IMG/VR virus record: IMGVR_UViG_3300020236_000046
Coordinates: 7,492 to 71,491 of that record
Source of the DNA: a virus
Lineage: Duplodnaviria > Caudoviricetes
Length of the DNA stretch: 64,000 bases
Strand: one strand, 5' to 3'
Position numbers and translations under genes: made by a program. Shown piece by piece: positions 37,364-46,760 of this stretch. The notes beneath the pieces are model-generated. The model was not told where the DNA came from. It made no database searches and worked only from the letters and a program-made list of their open reading frames with translations. The stretch's first letter is position 1. Every line of letters starts with the position of its first letter.

Positions 37364-39929
37364 TAGTCATTTCCTTTTTGTGATACCAGGAAGCATCAAT
37401 AGGAGCGAGTTCGTATTCTACAGATAAGGGAATTATAATCCAGGGAAATGCTTTAGGCAGTTCAACTTTTACTATATGGTCTGTTTCATTAATTAAGTCT
37501 TTCAATTCAGGAGGAAAGACATCCTGAACTAAGTTATCATGTATCTGCATACAAAATCTAGTTTTCCAATCATTTTCATATTTTAATTCCAATAACTGCT
37601 TCAATGTAAATAAAAGACAATGAAATGCCGGGCCTTGAATAGGTCTGTTCAGGCAGGCGTTCTTATCCATTATTTCTTCGCACCGGAAACCTGTTACTAA
37701 ATCAATATACCCTAGTTTTTGATATTGTTCCCATTGATCTATTTTCCATTGGTTATATATCTTAAAACGATTATTCCAAAAATCATCTTCTACTTTTTGT
37801 ACGTGATCTATAAAAGTGCTTAATTTCCGTATTCCTTTTAATCTAAGATGTTCTTTTATAGGAATATCTGTGTCTTTTATTTTAAGATTGAATACCGTTA
37901 AATCTTCCCATAATGAAACAGCACATTTTTCATACCAATCTCCATAGAACTCTGGAAATACAAAATCACTCTTTGCCGAATATCGTGCTTCTTTACTTAC
38001 TTCTGGTTCTAAAAGCATATATAGTTCCATACACATATCCCTATGCATGTCAGTAGCGGGGTCTTTCATGTATGTTATAAGTTGTGGGTCTTTTGTGACG
38101 CATGCAGCAATACCGACCTCAAGTGATTTAAAGTCGGTATCTAATAATTGACGCCCCGGACTTGGCATCAAAGCATCACGAATCAACTTTCTTGCTTCTT
38201 CATCACGGACTGGTATGTTTTGTCCATTTGGTCTTGATGAGGAACTTCTATAACTCCTGGCTGTGTTCAAATGATAGAATGGCCTTACTACCCCATTGAC
38301 AGTTTCCCGCATAAAGCCTTCGAGATATGTAGTCAGATATTTTTCCAGTTTACGCATCCGAATCAGTTTTTTAACGAAAGGCAGTTTTATCTTTTCTAGC
38401 ACTTCTGCATCTGTAGACGGATTATCATTATCTGTCATTTTTATAGGTTTTATCTTGAGTTCATTGAATAACAGACGGCTAAGTTGTTGTTGAGAATTAA
38501 GATTTAATGTCTGACTATATAATGTAGACCATATTTTTCCTTCTTTTGAAGAGATGATTTCTTTTTTCAGTGTTTTGATTTCTTCAATCAATTCTTTTCG
38601 TTTTTGTTTACAGTATGAAATATCAATATTCATCCCGGTTTGTTCCAGTTCCATCATCGACAATAGACCGTCCTGAAATTGATTATTAGCTTCCGTTAGA
38701 TTTCTATGCTCTATCTGCTTTAATTGTTTTAGTCCGAGCCTATGTGTAAGCATTGCATCCATCCCGCAATATGTAAGTATCTCTTCTACAGGAGCTTCAT
38801 GTATTCTATTGAATGAGTTTGAATCCTTTTCATTCGATCCTTTAAGGTATTCATCTATATGAGATGAATAATCCAATATCCCGAATTGCACATAAACTTG
38901 AAACTTCAATCCTGTTATCTTTTTTCTATTATCTAAAATATGAGTTCCGGTTTGTGTGCAATGATGCCATCCTTCTATCATATATCCGAGTATTTTATTA
39001 GTCCACATATCTTCAAATTTATTAGAATGAGCTATTTTGCATATTGTAGATTCCTGTAATATTTGTTTCACTAATTGATTCAGTTCATCCGTCATTAAAA
39101 ATGAAACAGCATTGTCAGGACTTGTAGAGAATGATATGCAATATATAAAATGCCCTTGTCTGTATGGCTTCAATCCACTTGTTTCATAATCCAGTGCTAA
39201 ATATTTAGGTTTTTGATCTATAATGTTTAACAATTCTTTTTTAGCTTCACTTACGGTTTTTAATAAACGAACCTTCTTTTTTTCATCTGTAAAAACAGGG
39301 AAATTTATTTTAGTTAGATTTATTGCTCGTTTTATATCTTTTTTGAATGTTACTTCTACCGCATAATTCGGAAATTTCTTTTCTATTGAACGAAGAACAT
39401 AACTAGGATGAAAAGTCGGGCAAGCCCGACTTTTAACATTTCTATCCGGTATTGTCAAGCCTCTCCATCTTGTAATCCCTCCTAGCTTTTCAGGCCATCT
39501 ATGCCCTAAAAATGATTCTAAAGCTATCCCGCCTAATAGGATAATTACTTTTGGTTTGAATGTATTTATTTCTTCCCATACCCTTGACCTGCAATGTTGT
39601 ATTTCATCTAATGTCGGAGTACGATTTTTATTCGGCCTGCAATTTATAGCATTTATTTTTCGGCAATCTTCATCTATATCTATTTCATACTCATCTAATA
39701 TGTCTCTAAAATACCTGCCTGCTTTACCGACTAATTGAGTCCCTTGTTTGTCTTCTGTTGCGCCTGGAGATTCTGCTATAATTAATATTTCTTTTTTACC
39801 TTCCCCAGAGGCTTCCATTTTAGGAGTAAGGCAGTTCTTATCTAATTTACAATACAGACAGCCTACTCCACGTTTCAAGCTCTTTTTTGATTTAGAAGGA
39901 GTATCTACTTTGAAAAATCCTGTTGTCAT
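37356..39929 (-). CDS. polA: Family A DNA polymerase with N-terminal family-4 UDG domain (SPO1-type architecture)
   Basis: UDG: CxxC, 'AESPG', 'NCRP', 'HPSY'; exonuclease 'LDYETSGL'; polymerase motifs 'DFKSLE', 'RYSAKSDFVFPEFYG', 'QIHD'. Confidence 0.93.
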   Translation of the reverse strand: MTTGFFKVDTPSKSKKSLKRGVGCLYCKLDKNCLTPKMEASGEGKKEILIIAESPGATEDKQGTQLVGKAGRYFRDILDEYEIDIDEDCRKINAINCRPNKNRTPTLDEIQHCRSRVWEEINTFKPKVIILLGGIALESFLGHRWPEKLGGITRWRGLTIPDRNVKSRACPTFHPSYVLRSIEKKFPNYAVEVTFKKDIKRAINLTKINFPVFTDEKKKVRLLKTVSEAKKELLNIIDQKPKYLALDYETSGLKPYRQGHFIYCISFSTSPDNAVSFLMTDELNQLVKQILQESTICKIAHSNKFEDMWTNKILGYMIEGWHHCTQTGTHILDNRKKITGLKFQVYVQFGILDYSSHIDEYLKGSNEKDSNSFNRIHEAPVEEILTYCGMDAMLTHRLGLKQLKQIEHRNLTEANNQFQDGLLSMMELEQTGMNIDISYCKQKRKELIEEIKTLKKEIISSKEGKIWSTLYSQTLNLNSQQQLSRLLFNELKIKPIKMTDNDNPSTDAEVLEKIKLPFVKKLIRMRKLEKYLTTYLEGFMRETVNGVVRPFYHLNTARSYRSSSSRPNGQNIPVRDEEARKLIRDALMPSPGRQLLDTDFKSLEVGIAACVTKDPQLITYMKDPATDMHRDMCMELYMLLEPEVSKEARYSAKSDFVFPEFYGDWYEKCAVSLWEDLTVFNLKIKDTDIPIKEHLRLKGIRKLSTFIDHVQKVEDDFWNNRFKIYNQWKIDQWEQYQKLGYIDLVTGFRCEEIMDKNACLNRPIQGPAFHCLLFTLKQLLELKYENDWKTRFCMQIHDNLVQDVFPPELKDLINETDHIVKVELPKAFPWIIIPLSVEYELAPIDASWYHKKEMTIK

Positions 39930-41014
39930 TATTTATGTGTTCCTTTTTTCTTCCCTTTCTTTTTTCCTTCTTTTACTTTTGGTATAGCAGTAGTAAAGCA
40001 ATGCTTAAAATCCTTTCCTTTGAATTCCAGGATTCCTCCACCTTCTAAATCCTTTATTTTTACATTTTGAGCGAGTGTAATTGATTCTGCGACCGGCAAC
40101 ATCTTTATCATAAATGCGGGATCAGTTTCAAAACTGCTTTCTATTCCATCGTAGTTCGTTTTGATAATTTCTTTGAACCATCCGACTTCATTCATTGATT
40201 CTACAATCGTCTTATATTTCAATACACGGATTTTTACTAATTCTCTACCTCTTAATGCACTTGATGCAAATACTTCTGCGGTTCCTAATGATTGTTTGAA
40301 GTTATCAGGGAATTCTATTTTCTTTCCTTTAGTATTTGTAAATATAGAGAGGTCTGGATATTCACCTGTTCCCGTTCTGCATGAAAATACCGTCTTTTCA
40401 CTACTCATAAAATGTATCCAGTTATCAGTGACTGCATACTCGATAGGATTATAGTCAACAAGTATTTTTGCACAATTCGCTGGTAATAATATCGGGGGCT
40501 TTGAATCAATATCATGTGACAGTTTATATATGGTAAAACGCAGACGGTCACATGCTTCGATGTGATTATCTTTAATATGAAGATATGTAAATTCAGGTTG
40601 TATTAAATCCCTGCTTGCCGAAAAGTGACAGAAATCTACAGCTTCAATAAAGTTTTCCGGCAAAGGTTTCCATTTAGTCGGAACACCGATCTCATCTATA
40701 GGAATAGTGATTTCAGTTGTAAGAGCTATACCTGCTTCTGAATTTTTGCCTTTTACTGAAAATTCCTTATCTGTAGTTTCTATTTTCAGTTCTTCTTCAT
40801 TGTACCTAGTCAATAAAGTATATAATTCATTTGCTTTTACCGCACCAGTTAATTGTTTTGATATCGGATGGCTTACTGCTATTTCATTATTGAATGTATA
40901 AACTTTTCCATTTTTAAATACGAATGATGTAGATTGATCTATAATTTCTTTAGTAGCGAGTCCAGGTTTAATATTAGTCAGGCAGGATAAAAGTTCTTCT
41001 CTATTGATTTTCAT
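39929..41014 (-). CDS. DNA polymerase sliding clamp (beta-clamp-like)
   Basis: Size, N-terminal 'INREELLSCL', 'GEYPD' motif; adjacent to polymerase and clamp loader. Confidence 0.75.
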   Translation of the reverse strand: MKINREELLSCLTNIKPGLATKEIIDQSTSFVFKNGKVYTFNNEIAVSHPISKQLTGAVKANELYTLLTRYNEEELKIETTDKEFSVKGKNSEAGIALTTEITIPIDEIGVPTKWKPLPENFIEAVDFCHFSASRDLIQPEFTYLHIKDNHIEACDRLRFTIYKLSHDIDSKPPILLPANCAKILVDYNPIEYAVTDNWIHFMSSEKTVFSCRTGTGEYPDLSIFTNTKGKKIEFPDNFKQSLGTAEVFASSALRGRELVKIRVLKYKTIVESMNEVGWFKEIIKTNYDGIESSFETDPAFMIKMLPVAESITLAQNVKIKDLEGGGILEFKGKDFKHCFTTAIPKVKEGKKKGKKKGTHK

Positions 41015-41036
41015 TGATATGATTCCTTTTTACAAA

Positions 41037-41777
41037 TTAAAAAAATCCACCTTCATATTTATTATTATTTTGTTTTTTTATTTTATCCATACTATATAAT
41101 TTATTAACACTTTTTGGGTACGGATAAATCCCAAATTGTTTTTCCACCCATTTTATCATTTCTTTTTTTTGTTTTTTACTCTCCGCTAAAACATAAAAAT
41201 ACCGATGTTTGGGTTTTAATTTTTGTTTGGTTATACCAGGAAATAATCGTGTTATAAGTTCCCATTTAGATATATTATATTGTGTTTTTTTATTTTTTTT
41301 CCACTCATTACTTCTACTTCTATATATAACATCGTTAATATTTTTTGTGTGTATTTTTTTTCCATTTAAACTATATATACTAGAATCGCCTCCTTCCCCT
41401 GTATATAACCAATTTGTAGCTTGATATATATAACCACAATGATTCATATTTTGATCTGCATAACTAACAATTAATTTTGGTTTTTTTAGTTTTGAAAGGG
41501 CTTGTGATATTAAATAACTTGCAAGATTTTTAGTATTATTTAATATTACTAATCTCTGTAATTCAAATGTTTTCCACGGAGTAGCATTAAACCCTGTTGA
41601 CGGAGGAGTCCCAAAAACACAAACACCTTCAACAGGGTTTAATTTTTTATTTTTAGCCATTAAACCATAAGAAATTATTGCATTTGGCATCGACATAGAA
41701 TAATGATTATTAAGTACAATAATCATTGCTTGTCTCCTTGTTATTGGAGCCACTTTATATGTGTCCGCCAGAGCCAT
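41037..41777 (-). CDS. mom: Mom-like adenine modification enzyme (GNAT fold)
   Basis: 'NNHYS', 'GVCVFG.P', 'ELQRL', 'NLASYLIS', 'IVSYAD..HCGYIYQATNWLYTG'. Confidence 0.8.
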   Translation of the reverse strand: MALADTYKVAPITRRQAMIIVLNNHYSMSMPNAIISYGLMAKNKKLNPVEGVCVFGTPPSTGFNATPWKTFELQRLVILNNTKNLASYLISQALSKLKKPKLIVSYADQNMNHCGYIYQATNWLYTGEGGDSSIYSLNGKKIHTKNINDVIYRSRSNEWKKNKKTQYNISKWELITRLFPGITKQKLKPKHRYFYVLAESKKQKKEMIKWVEKQFGIYPYPKSVNKLYSMDKIKKQNNNKYEGGFF

Positions 41778-41781
41778 AATA

Positions 41782-42435
41782 TTATCTTTTTAGTTTATAT
41801 ATATTATTTTCTTTCTCCATTACATTAAGCAGAATAAGAACAGGCATAGAAAGGCTAAAACAATTAGTTGCGATATTGATTTTATTTTCTCCGCCTTTTT
41901 CCACATACAAACTGTTCGATAATTCTATAATTACTTTTCTGGTTCCACCTTTTTTTAAGGCCGCAACAAGCGCATGGCTTCTGGTATATGTTGATTTTGG
42001 CTTAGACGTTTTCTTTTCTACAGATTTCTTAGCCGCTTTTTTCTTCGCTGCTTTCTTCTTACTTTTCTTTACCGCTTTCTTTTTCTTTGCTGTTTTTGTA
42101 CCCACTTTATTTTCCCCTTTTTCTATTGGTTTAGTTTTATCTACAAGATGTTCAACATCTTTTTTAATCTTTTCACTCCCCGGCCACAAGCCTTCCTGTT
42201 TTAAAAACGCTACTACATCCGAACTGAATTTACCATCATCCTTTGATAAATCAATTTCCTTTGATTCGTCTACAATATCTTTATATACAAGATCGCCCTC
42301 CCGGCCCGGATTGCTTCGTATCGGAGGAGTAAGTTTCATTACATCATTAAATTCTTCAGCAATTTTTCTCATTAATTGAGAATCATCCTGTGTCCCTTTT
42401 AATGATTTTGAATAATCTCTTTTTACTTTATTCAT
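41782..42435 (-). CDS. Protein with histone H1-like K/A-rich segment
   Basis: 'KKKKAVKKSKKKAAKKKAAKKSVEKK'; start at 42435 after aggag SD. Confidence 0.65.
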   Translation of the reverse strand: MNKVKRDYSKSLKGTQDDSQLMRKIAEEFNDVMKLTPPIRSNPGREGDLVYKDIVDESKEIDLSKDDGKFSSDVVAFLKQEGLWPGSEKIKKDVEHLVDKTKPIEKGENKVGTKTAKKKKAVKKSKKKAAKKKAAKKSVEKKTSKPKSTYTRSHALVAALKKGGTRKVIIELSNSLYVEKGGENKINIATNCFSLSMPVLILLNVMEKENNIYKLKR

Positions 42436-42472
42436 ATTTTCTCCTGTTCTATATGTTCCCATTATTACTTAT

Positions 42473-42502
42473 ACTATAGCTATTTCTGTTTGTTTCATTT
42501 AA
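42473..42502 (-). promoter_or_regulatory. Phage promoter motif TTAAATGAAA-N12-GCTATAGT (copy 3)
   Basis: Same 10-mer and spacer. Confidence 0.7.
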
Positions 42503-43713
42503 GTCTGGATTAGTCGTTTTAAAATTAATCCAATTACAGGCACACTCATAGCATTCCCGCAAGTTCTATACCGTTGCGTGTCTGATATAGATATTCCGTT
42601 GCCACTATCATCAATTCCTTTAGCAGTAAATAAATCAGGGAATCCTTGTAATCTCTCTACCTCAATTGGGGTTAGGCGACGGATACTGCCATACTTGTCT
42701 CCGACTTCCAGCGTTCTGCTTGCGCATAGACACGTTCGACCAGGTTTCGTCTTCCCCATAACCCATAGTTGCGGGTTTATTAACTTTGGAATATGTCCTG
42801 TCGTTATCGCATCTATCTGGTCGAAAGGCTTATGAAATATTAGTTCTTGGACTGTTGACCGTTTTTTATCTTTTTGATATGCAAATATTCGCTTATCGGT
42901 TTCGACCCAGCCAGCAACACGTTTCGTTTTTATAAACGGAGTATGGTTCCCACCGCTTCCTGTCGGTAATGTAGGGGATATTCCATCATCACTGTAAATT
43001 CTGTCCTGGTAGTGGGGAGCATTCTCGTCTACTCTTTTTATCAAAGTAGACATATCATCATTTACACCTGCCGCTCTTAGACTTGAGATATATTGAGACT
43101 TGTGATTCCGAATCCGTGTCCTTTTTTTCTTTCCCTGTCTTTGTGTTTCAATAAGATATTTATCGTCTTCTGTGACAGGAAATACTTGCGGTCTGGGTTT
43201 TCCTCTAAAATGCCCGACAAAGTAAATCCGCGCTCGATTTTGGGGCCGAAACCACCTTGTATTAAGAATTTGCCATTGACAGTCATACCCCACGTCGGTG
43301 AGCATTCTAATTGATTCGTAGAAGTCGTAACCTTCATTAACACTGAAAAGTCCCGGCACGTTTTCAGCAATGAAATATTCGGGCTTTTTAATCCGCAGAA
43401 TTCTAACCGCTTCACTAAGTAAACCGCTTCTAGTACCTTCTTTTTGCCCTTTGCGGTTTCCAGCAATCGAATTATCCTGGCAAGGCCATCCGAAAATGAG
43501 ACAGTTGAATTTGACTTTTGGAAGAAACCCTTTAACATCTTTGTCTACCTCGAATTCAGGTTTAAATCTATAACGATATATTGCCCTTGCATATTTATCC
43601 TTTTCACACGCCCCTACTATTTTATACGGTAATTTGTATTGCCTTATAGCTTCATGTGGTGCCCCTATCCCGGCAAAAAGCTCATATGTTTTCATAATAA
43701 ATCTAAAACCCAA
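42499..43713 (-). CDS. DNA (cytosine-5) methyltransferase
   Basis: I 'FAGIGA', IV 'GWPCQDNS', VI 'ENVPG', VIII 'QNRARIY', IX 'RRLTPIEVERLQGFP', X 'GNAMSV'. Confidence 0.95.
   Translation of the reverse strand: MGFRFIMKTYELFAGIGAPHEAIRQYKLPYKIVGACEKDKYARAIYRYRFKPEFEVDKDVKGFLPKVKFNCLIFGWPCQDNSIAGNRKGQKEGTRSGLLSEAVRILRIKKPEYFIAENVPGLFSVNEGYDFYESIRMLTDVGYDCQWQILNTRWFRPQNRARIYFVGHFRGKPRPQVFPVTEDDKYLIETQRQGKKKRTRIRNHKSQYISSLRAAGVNDDMSTLIKRVDENAPHYQDRIYSDDGISPTLPTGSGGNHTPFIKTKRVAGWVETDKRIFAYQKDKKRSTVQELIFHKPFDQIDAITTGHIPKLINPQLWVMGKTKPGRTCLCASRTLEVGDKYGSIRRLTPIEVERLQGFPDLFTAKGIDDSGNGISISDTQRYRTCGNAMSVPVIGLILKRLIQT
43077..43538 (-). CDS. Overlapping +1-frame polypeptide inside the C5 MTase (EcoHK31I beta-like)
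   Basis: 153-codon open frame, GAGGT SD; 'CSPTWGMTVNGKFL', 'LSGILEENPDRKYFLSQK' resembles post-motif-VIII MTase sequence. Confidence 0.65.
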   Translation of the reverse strand: MLKGFFQKSNSTVSFSDGLARIIRLLETAKGKKKVLEAVYLVKRLEFCGLKSPNISLLKTCRDFSVLMKVTTSTNQLECSPTWGMTVNGKFLIQGGFGPKIERGFTLSGILEENPDRKYFLSQKTINILLKHKDRERKKGHGFGITSLNISQV

Positions 43714-44230
43714 TCTTTTTTACTGATTTTTCTATCGTTATTATTGTGTCATTATGAGGGCCGCCGTGGGGGACAAGCAATATCTCAATTATCTCAAATC
43801 CGTTTGTTTTTCCTATACCGCCAGAATTCCAGCCACACGAAAGAACCAGTCCTCCCGGCCTTATTATTCTGGCAATTTCATCTTTAAGTTCCCGCCAATA
43901 TGAACTTTGGGTTGTTTTCGTATTAACGGAGTATCCCAGCTTTTTGTAACTTTCAGAAACTTGGCGCACGCTATAGGGCGGATCATAAAATACAAAATCC
44001 ACTGAGTTGTCATCGAAATCTCGTAGAAATTTCACCGCATCTTGGTTTGACTCTGTTTGATATTGCGGGTCTAGGTCGTTTAATATTTTTGCTATTTTAT
44101 TACTATTGGCAAAAGGGTCTATTGAAAACATTGATTTGTCATGGTAACGCTCAATAATTTCTCTTATTGGTTTTATGCTGAAAGTATTTTTATTGGGCAT
44201 TGCCCAAATACGATTAAATTTAATATTCAT
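43703..44230 (-). CDS. Small amino (N6-adenine/N4-cytosine) DNA methyltransferase
   Basis: 'IDPFAN', catalytic 'FYDPPYS', 'IIRPGG', 'HGGPHNDTI'. Confidence 0.85.
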   Translation of the reverse strand: MNIKFNRIWAMPNKNTFSIKPIREIIERYHDKSMFSIDPFANSNKIAKILNDLDPQYQTESNQDAVKFLRDFDDNSVDFVFYDPPYSVRQVSESYKKLGYSVNTKTTQSSYWRELKDEIARIIRPGGLVLSCGWNSGGIGKTNGFEIIEILLVPHGGPHNDTIITIEKSVKKIGF

Positions 44231-46698
44231 AAATAACTTCCCAATATCACACGCCCAATTTCACGGCACTCAAGTACCTTAACCGTCTGCCTGGAATCCT
44301 TTTCGTCACGCACCATCATTTTACCTATTCTTAATAATCCCTTTTCCTTTTCTTCTTCCGTCTGATTCAATGTAAGAACCATTGTAGTATGTCCCCGCTT
44401 CCGTTTATCCTCACTAAAATCATCTATATTGATCCTCTTTTTCTTATATGACGATGCGGCGGATTGAGTAGCGGTCAATAATAAAATATTTCTCTCTTGT
44501 GATAATGCTCTCATGGATTTCCATGTAGCATTTATACTGTGCCGGAATTCTTTTGAAGCCTCCGGTTCTGTTCCTAGATTATCCGCATAATCAATGCAAT
44601 TATGCGCTAAAACTCCTTGCACAGTGAAGCGATGAAATTGTCCGGCGTTTCTAATATCCCATACCCTCTCCTTTTGTATGGTTTTCTTTTCCATCTTACT
44701 ACGACTTCTTTTATCGTCATTTTTTTGAAATATTGCCTTAATGTTCCGTCCGAATATTTCACAAAAGGATAGACCTGCCGAAACCGATAAATCTTTGCTT
44801 TTGTCATGGGTTTTCTTGTGTGCAAACAATTTTGTCGATGAGTAGACCATCTTATATTTCCAGGTTCGTAATGACCATTGTTGTTTATGCGGTCTAATTC
44901 CAATTTTTTGTTTTCCGGTATCCCCAAATTTTCCTTTATCCATAAACAAGCCTCTGATATACTTTGAAATTTGAACTCGATTCCCCTTTGTCCATAATCC
45001 TTCCAACCCGAAGCTTTTGGGTTTACACATCTGATCTGCATAGCTTGAACTCGGTTGTATAACCATGAAGGGAATCTTTTTGGCTGTAAACACGCTCGAC
45101 AGCCTTTTGCAATACCCCGCCGCAAGTTTCCATATAATACCCATTTTTCTCTTCCACATTGCGTACATTGTATATGGACATAATAAGCGTATTGCTTTTT
45201 CCCCTTTTTGCTCCTTTTTCTTTCTCGTATTCGCACTATCGGAGATATAATTTTCGCCAATCCATATATTTCGTCCAGCACATTCGGTTTGTGCAATTGA
45301 TAATCCCAATCTTTTGCACGACTCAAGACTTCTCCAACCATCTTCTTTTGTCCAAAATAAGTGATTGGATGTAGCTCTAATTCCTGCATATTCGATAATC
45401 TCCTTTTCACCTTTATATATTATCCCGTCATGTGATACCCAAGATAGGCCATCCCATAATCGGTCATTTTTGTTTATTTGTTCAATTGGTATCATTCCTC
45501 GTTCTTTTGTTAAAACTAATGAACCTTCTGGAATGCAAACTACATCTGAAATAAATCCTTCAGACTTTTCCAAGTAATCCAACTGTGTTCGTATATCCAT
45601 TACGTTGATAGCCCCTGCGGGATAGGTAAACAGTTTAAATCTTTTTCCACGCGCTCTTTCCTGTCGTTCTTTGCCTTGATTGAAAGCGTGTCTCCAGCTT
45701 TTAACAGGCTCTACTTCGATATATTTATGCCATAATGCCCCTTTATATGCTTTTGGTTCTTCTTTCTTACAGTATATACAAAGGGCATACCCTTCCTCCT
45801 CCGCCTCTTTCAGACTAATAAGTTTTTCCCCTTTATCATTTTTTATAAACACACCAACATTAGATTTCCGTTCTCTTTTTTCACACGTATCATTTTGGTT
45901 ATGATAACAATCCAATACAGGCATCTTTATTATGCCTGAAAATCTGCGTGTATTCTTGGTTATATTCATATAGATACGCCTTATCACTTGCAGATCACTC
46001 ATATCCCCTACTATAAAATAGGCGACATTACACAATGATCTGTGAGCGCGTAAAGCGAGTTCCATCAACCAATACGATTTACCTCTTTTTTCCGGCCCTT
46101 CAATAGATACAAAATTATCACGTTCAAACGGCCTAACAAAACGTCCTAAATCACCTGGTAATTGAAACAGTATATTTCTTTCTAGCTGATCGAACGCTTC
46201 CTTTACTATATCTTTATCCTGAAATACATTAATGCCTTTATTTGCCGGACGTTCAACTCGCTTATACGCTTCAATAAGTTTTTCAGCTTCTTTTGTATTT
46301 CCTTTTGTCAGATAATTAGCGACATCTTCATTAACCGTTTTTAAATGCTGTGATTTAAGATATGATTCAGCTTGATCAAGTATATACCGCACATTGAATT
46401 TTTCCGCCCGCTCATATTCATCACTCAAATCCGCTAAAAAGGATTCAATAAATTCTGACTGTTCTTCAGGTAAGCCTTTACGTTTTTCACTGTTATATAT
46501 ATCCTGTATATGCTGTTTAGGTGCTTTGCCATACTGCGTATAATAGTTGAAACACCAATCAGCTAATTTACGAACATAAGACATCGAAATGAGGTCAGGG
46601 CTGTATATTGATTCTATGCCTTCAATGAAATGCTTGTTAACTATTAACCCTGTTGCAATCTGTTTTTCAATCTGATTATCAACCTTTCGTATTCTCAT
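44227..46698 (-). CDS. Replicative DnaB-like helicase precursor containing an intein
   Basis: Walker A 'GPEKRGKS'; Walker B reconstituted as DVV|CIDYAD after removing intein; 'TATQS', 'FSEDKRK'. Confidence 0.9.
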   Translation of the reverse strand: MRIRKVDNQIEKQIATGLIVNKHFIEGIESIYSPDLISMSYVRKLADWCFNYYTQYGKAPKQHIQDIYNSEKRKGLPEEQSEFIESFLADLSDEYERAEKFNVRYILDQAESYLKSQHLKTVNEDVANYLTKGNTKEAEKLIEAYKRVERPANKGINVFQDKDIVKEAFDQLERNILFQLPGDLGRFVRPFERDNFVSIEGPEKRGKSYWLMELALRAHRSLCNVAYFIVGDMSDLQVIRRIYMNITKNTRRFSGIIKMPVLDCYHNQNDTCEKRERKSNVGVFIKNDKGEKLISLKEAEEEGYALCIYCKKEEPKAYKGALWHKYIEVEPVKSWRHAFNQGKERQERARGKRFKLFTYPAGAINVMDIRTQLDYLEKSEGFISDVVCIPEGSLVLTKERGMIPIEQINKNDRLWDGLSWVSHDGIIYKGEKEIIEYAGIRATSNHLFWTKEDGWRSLESCKRLGLSIAQTECAGRNIWIGENYISDSANTRKKKEQKGEKAIRLLCPYTMYAMWKRKMGIIWKLAAGYCKRLSSVFTAKKIPFMVIQPSSSYADQMCKPKSFGLEGLWTKGNRVQISKYIRGLFMDKGKFGDTGKQKIGIRPHKQQWSLRTWKYKMVYSSTKLFAHKKTHDKSKDLSVSAGLSFCEIFGRNIKAIFQKNDDKRSRSKMEKKTIQKERVWDIRNAGQFHRFTVQGVLAHNCIDYADNLGTEPEASKEFRHSINATWKSMRALSQERNILLLTATQSAASSYKKKRINIDDFSEDKRKRGHTTMVLTLNQTEEEKEKGLLRIGKMMVRDEKDSRQTVKVLECREIGRVILGSYL
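44599..45537 (-). mobile_element. Intein (313 aa) inserted in helicase Walker B
   Basis: N-terminal C-IPEGSLV, block B 'ATSNH', block F 'VWDI', C-terminal 'HRFTVQGVLAHN', +1 Cys. Confidence 0.92.
44607..45389 (-). CDS. HNH homing endonuclease encoded in the +1 frame inside the intein
   Basis: AAGGAG SD; 'CTQCG..GCRAC', 'RCVNP..WKDYGQRGI', 'LDRINNNGHYEPGNIRWST..QN'. Confidence 0.88.
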   Translation of the reverse strand: MQELELHPITYFGQKKMVGEVLSRAKDWDYQLHKPNVLDEIYGLAKIISPIVRIRERKRSKKGKKQYAYYVHIQCTQCGREKWVLYGNLRRGIAKGCRACLQPKRFPSWLYNRVQAMQIRCVNPKASGWKDYGQRGIEFKFQSISEACLWIKENLGIPENKKLELDRINNNGHYEPGNIRWSTHRQNCLHTRKPMTKAKIYRFRQVYPFVKYSDGTLRQYFKKMTIKEVVVRWKRKPYKRRGYGILETPDNFIASLCKEF

Positions 46699-46760
46699 AT
46701 TTTTTTACACTTTTCATACAATACTTTAATCAAGTTATTTCCTACATATTATTAATTATA

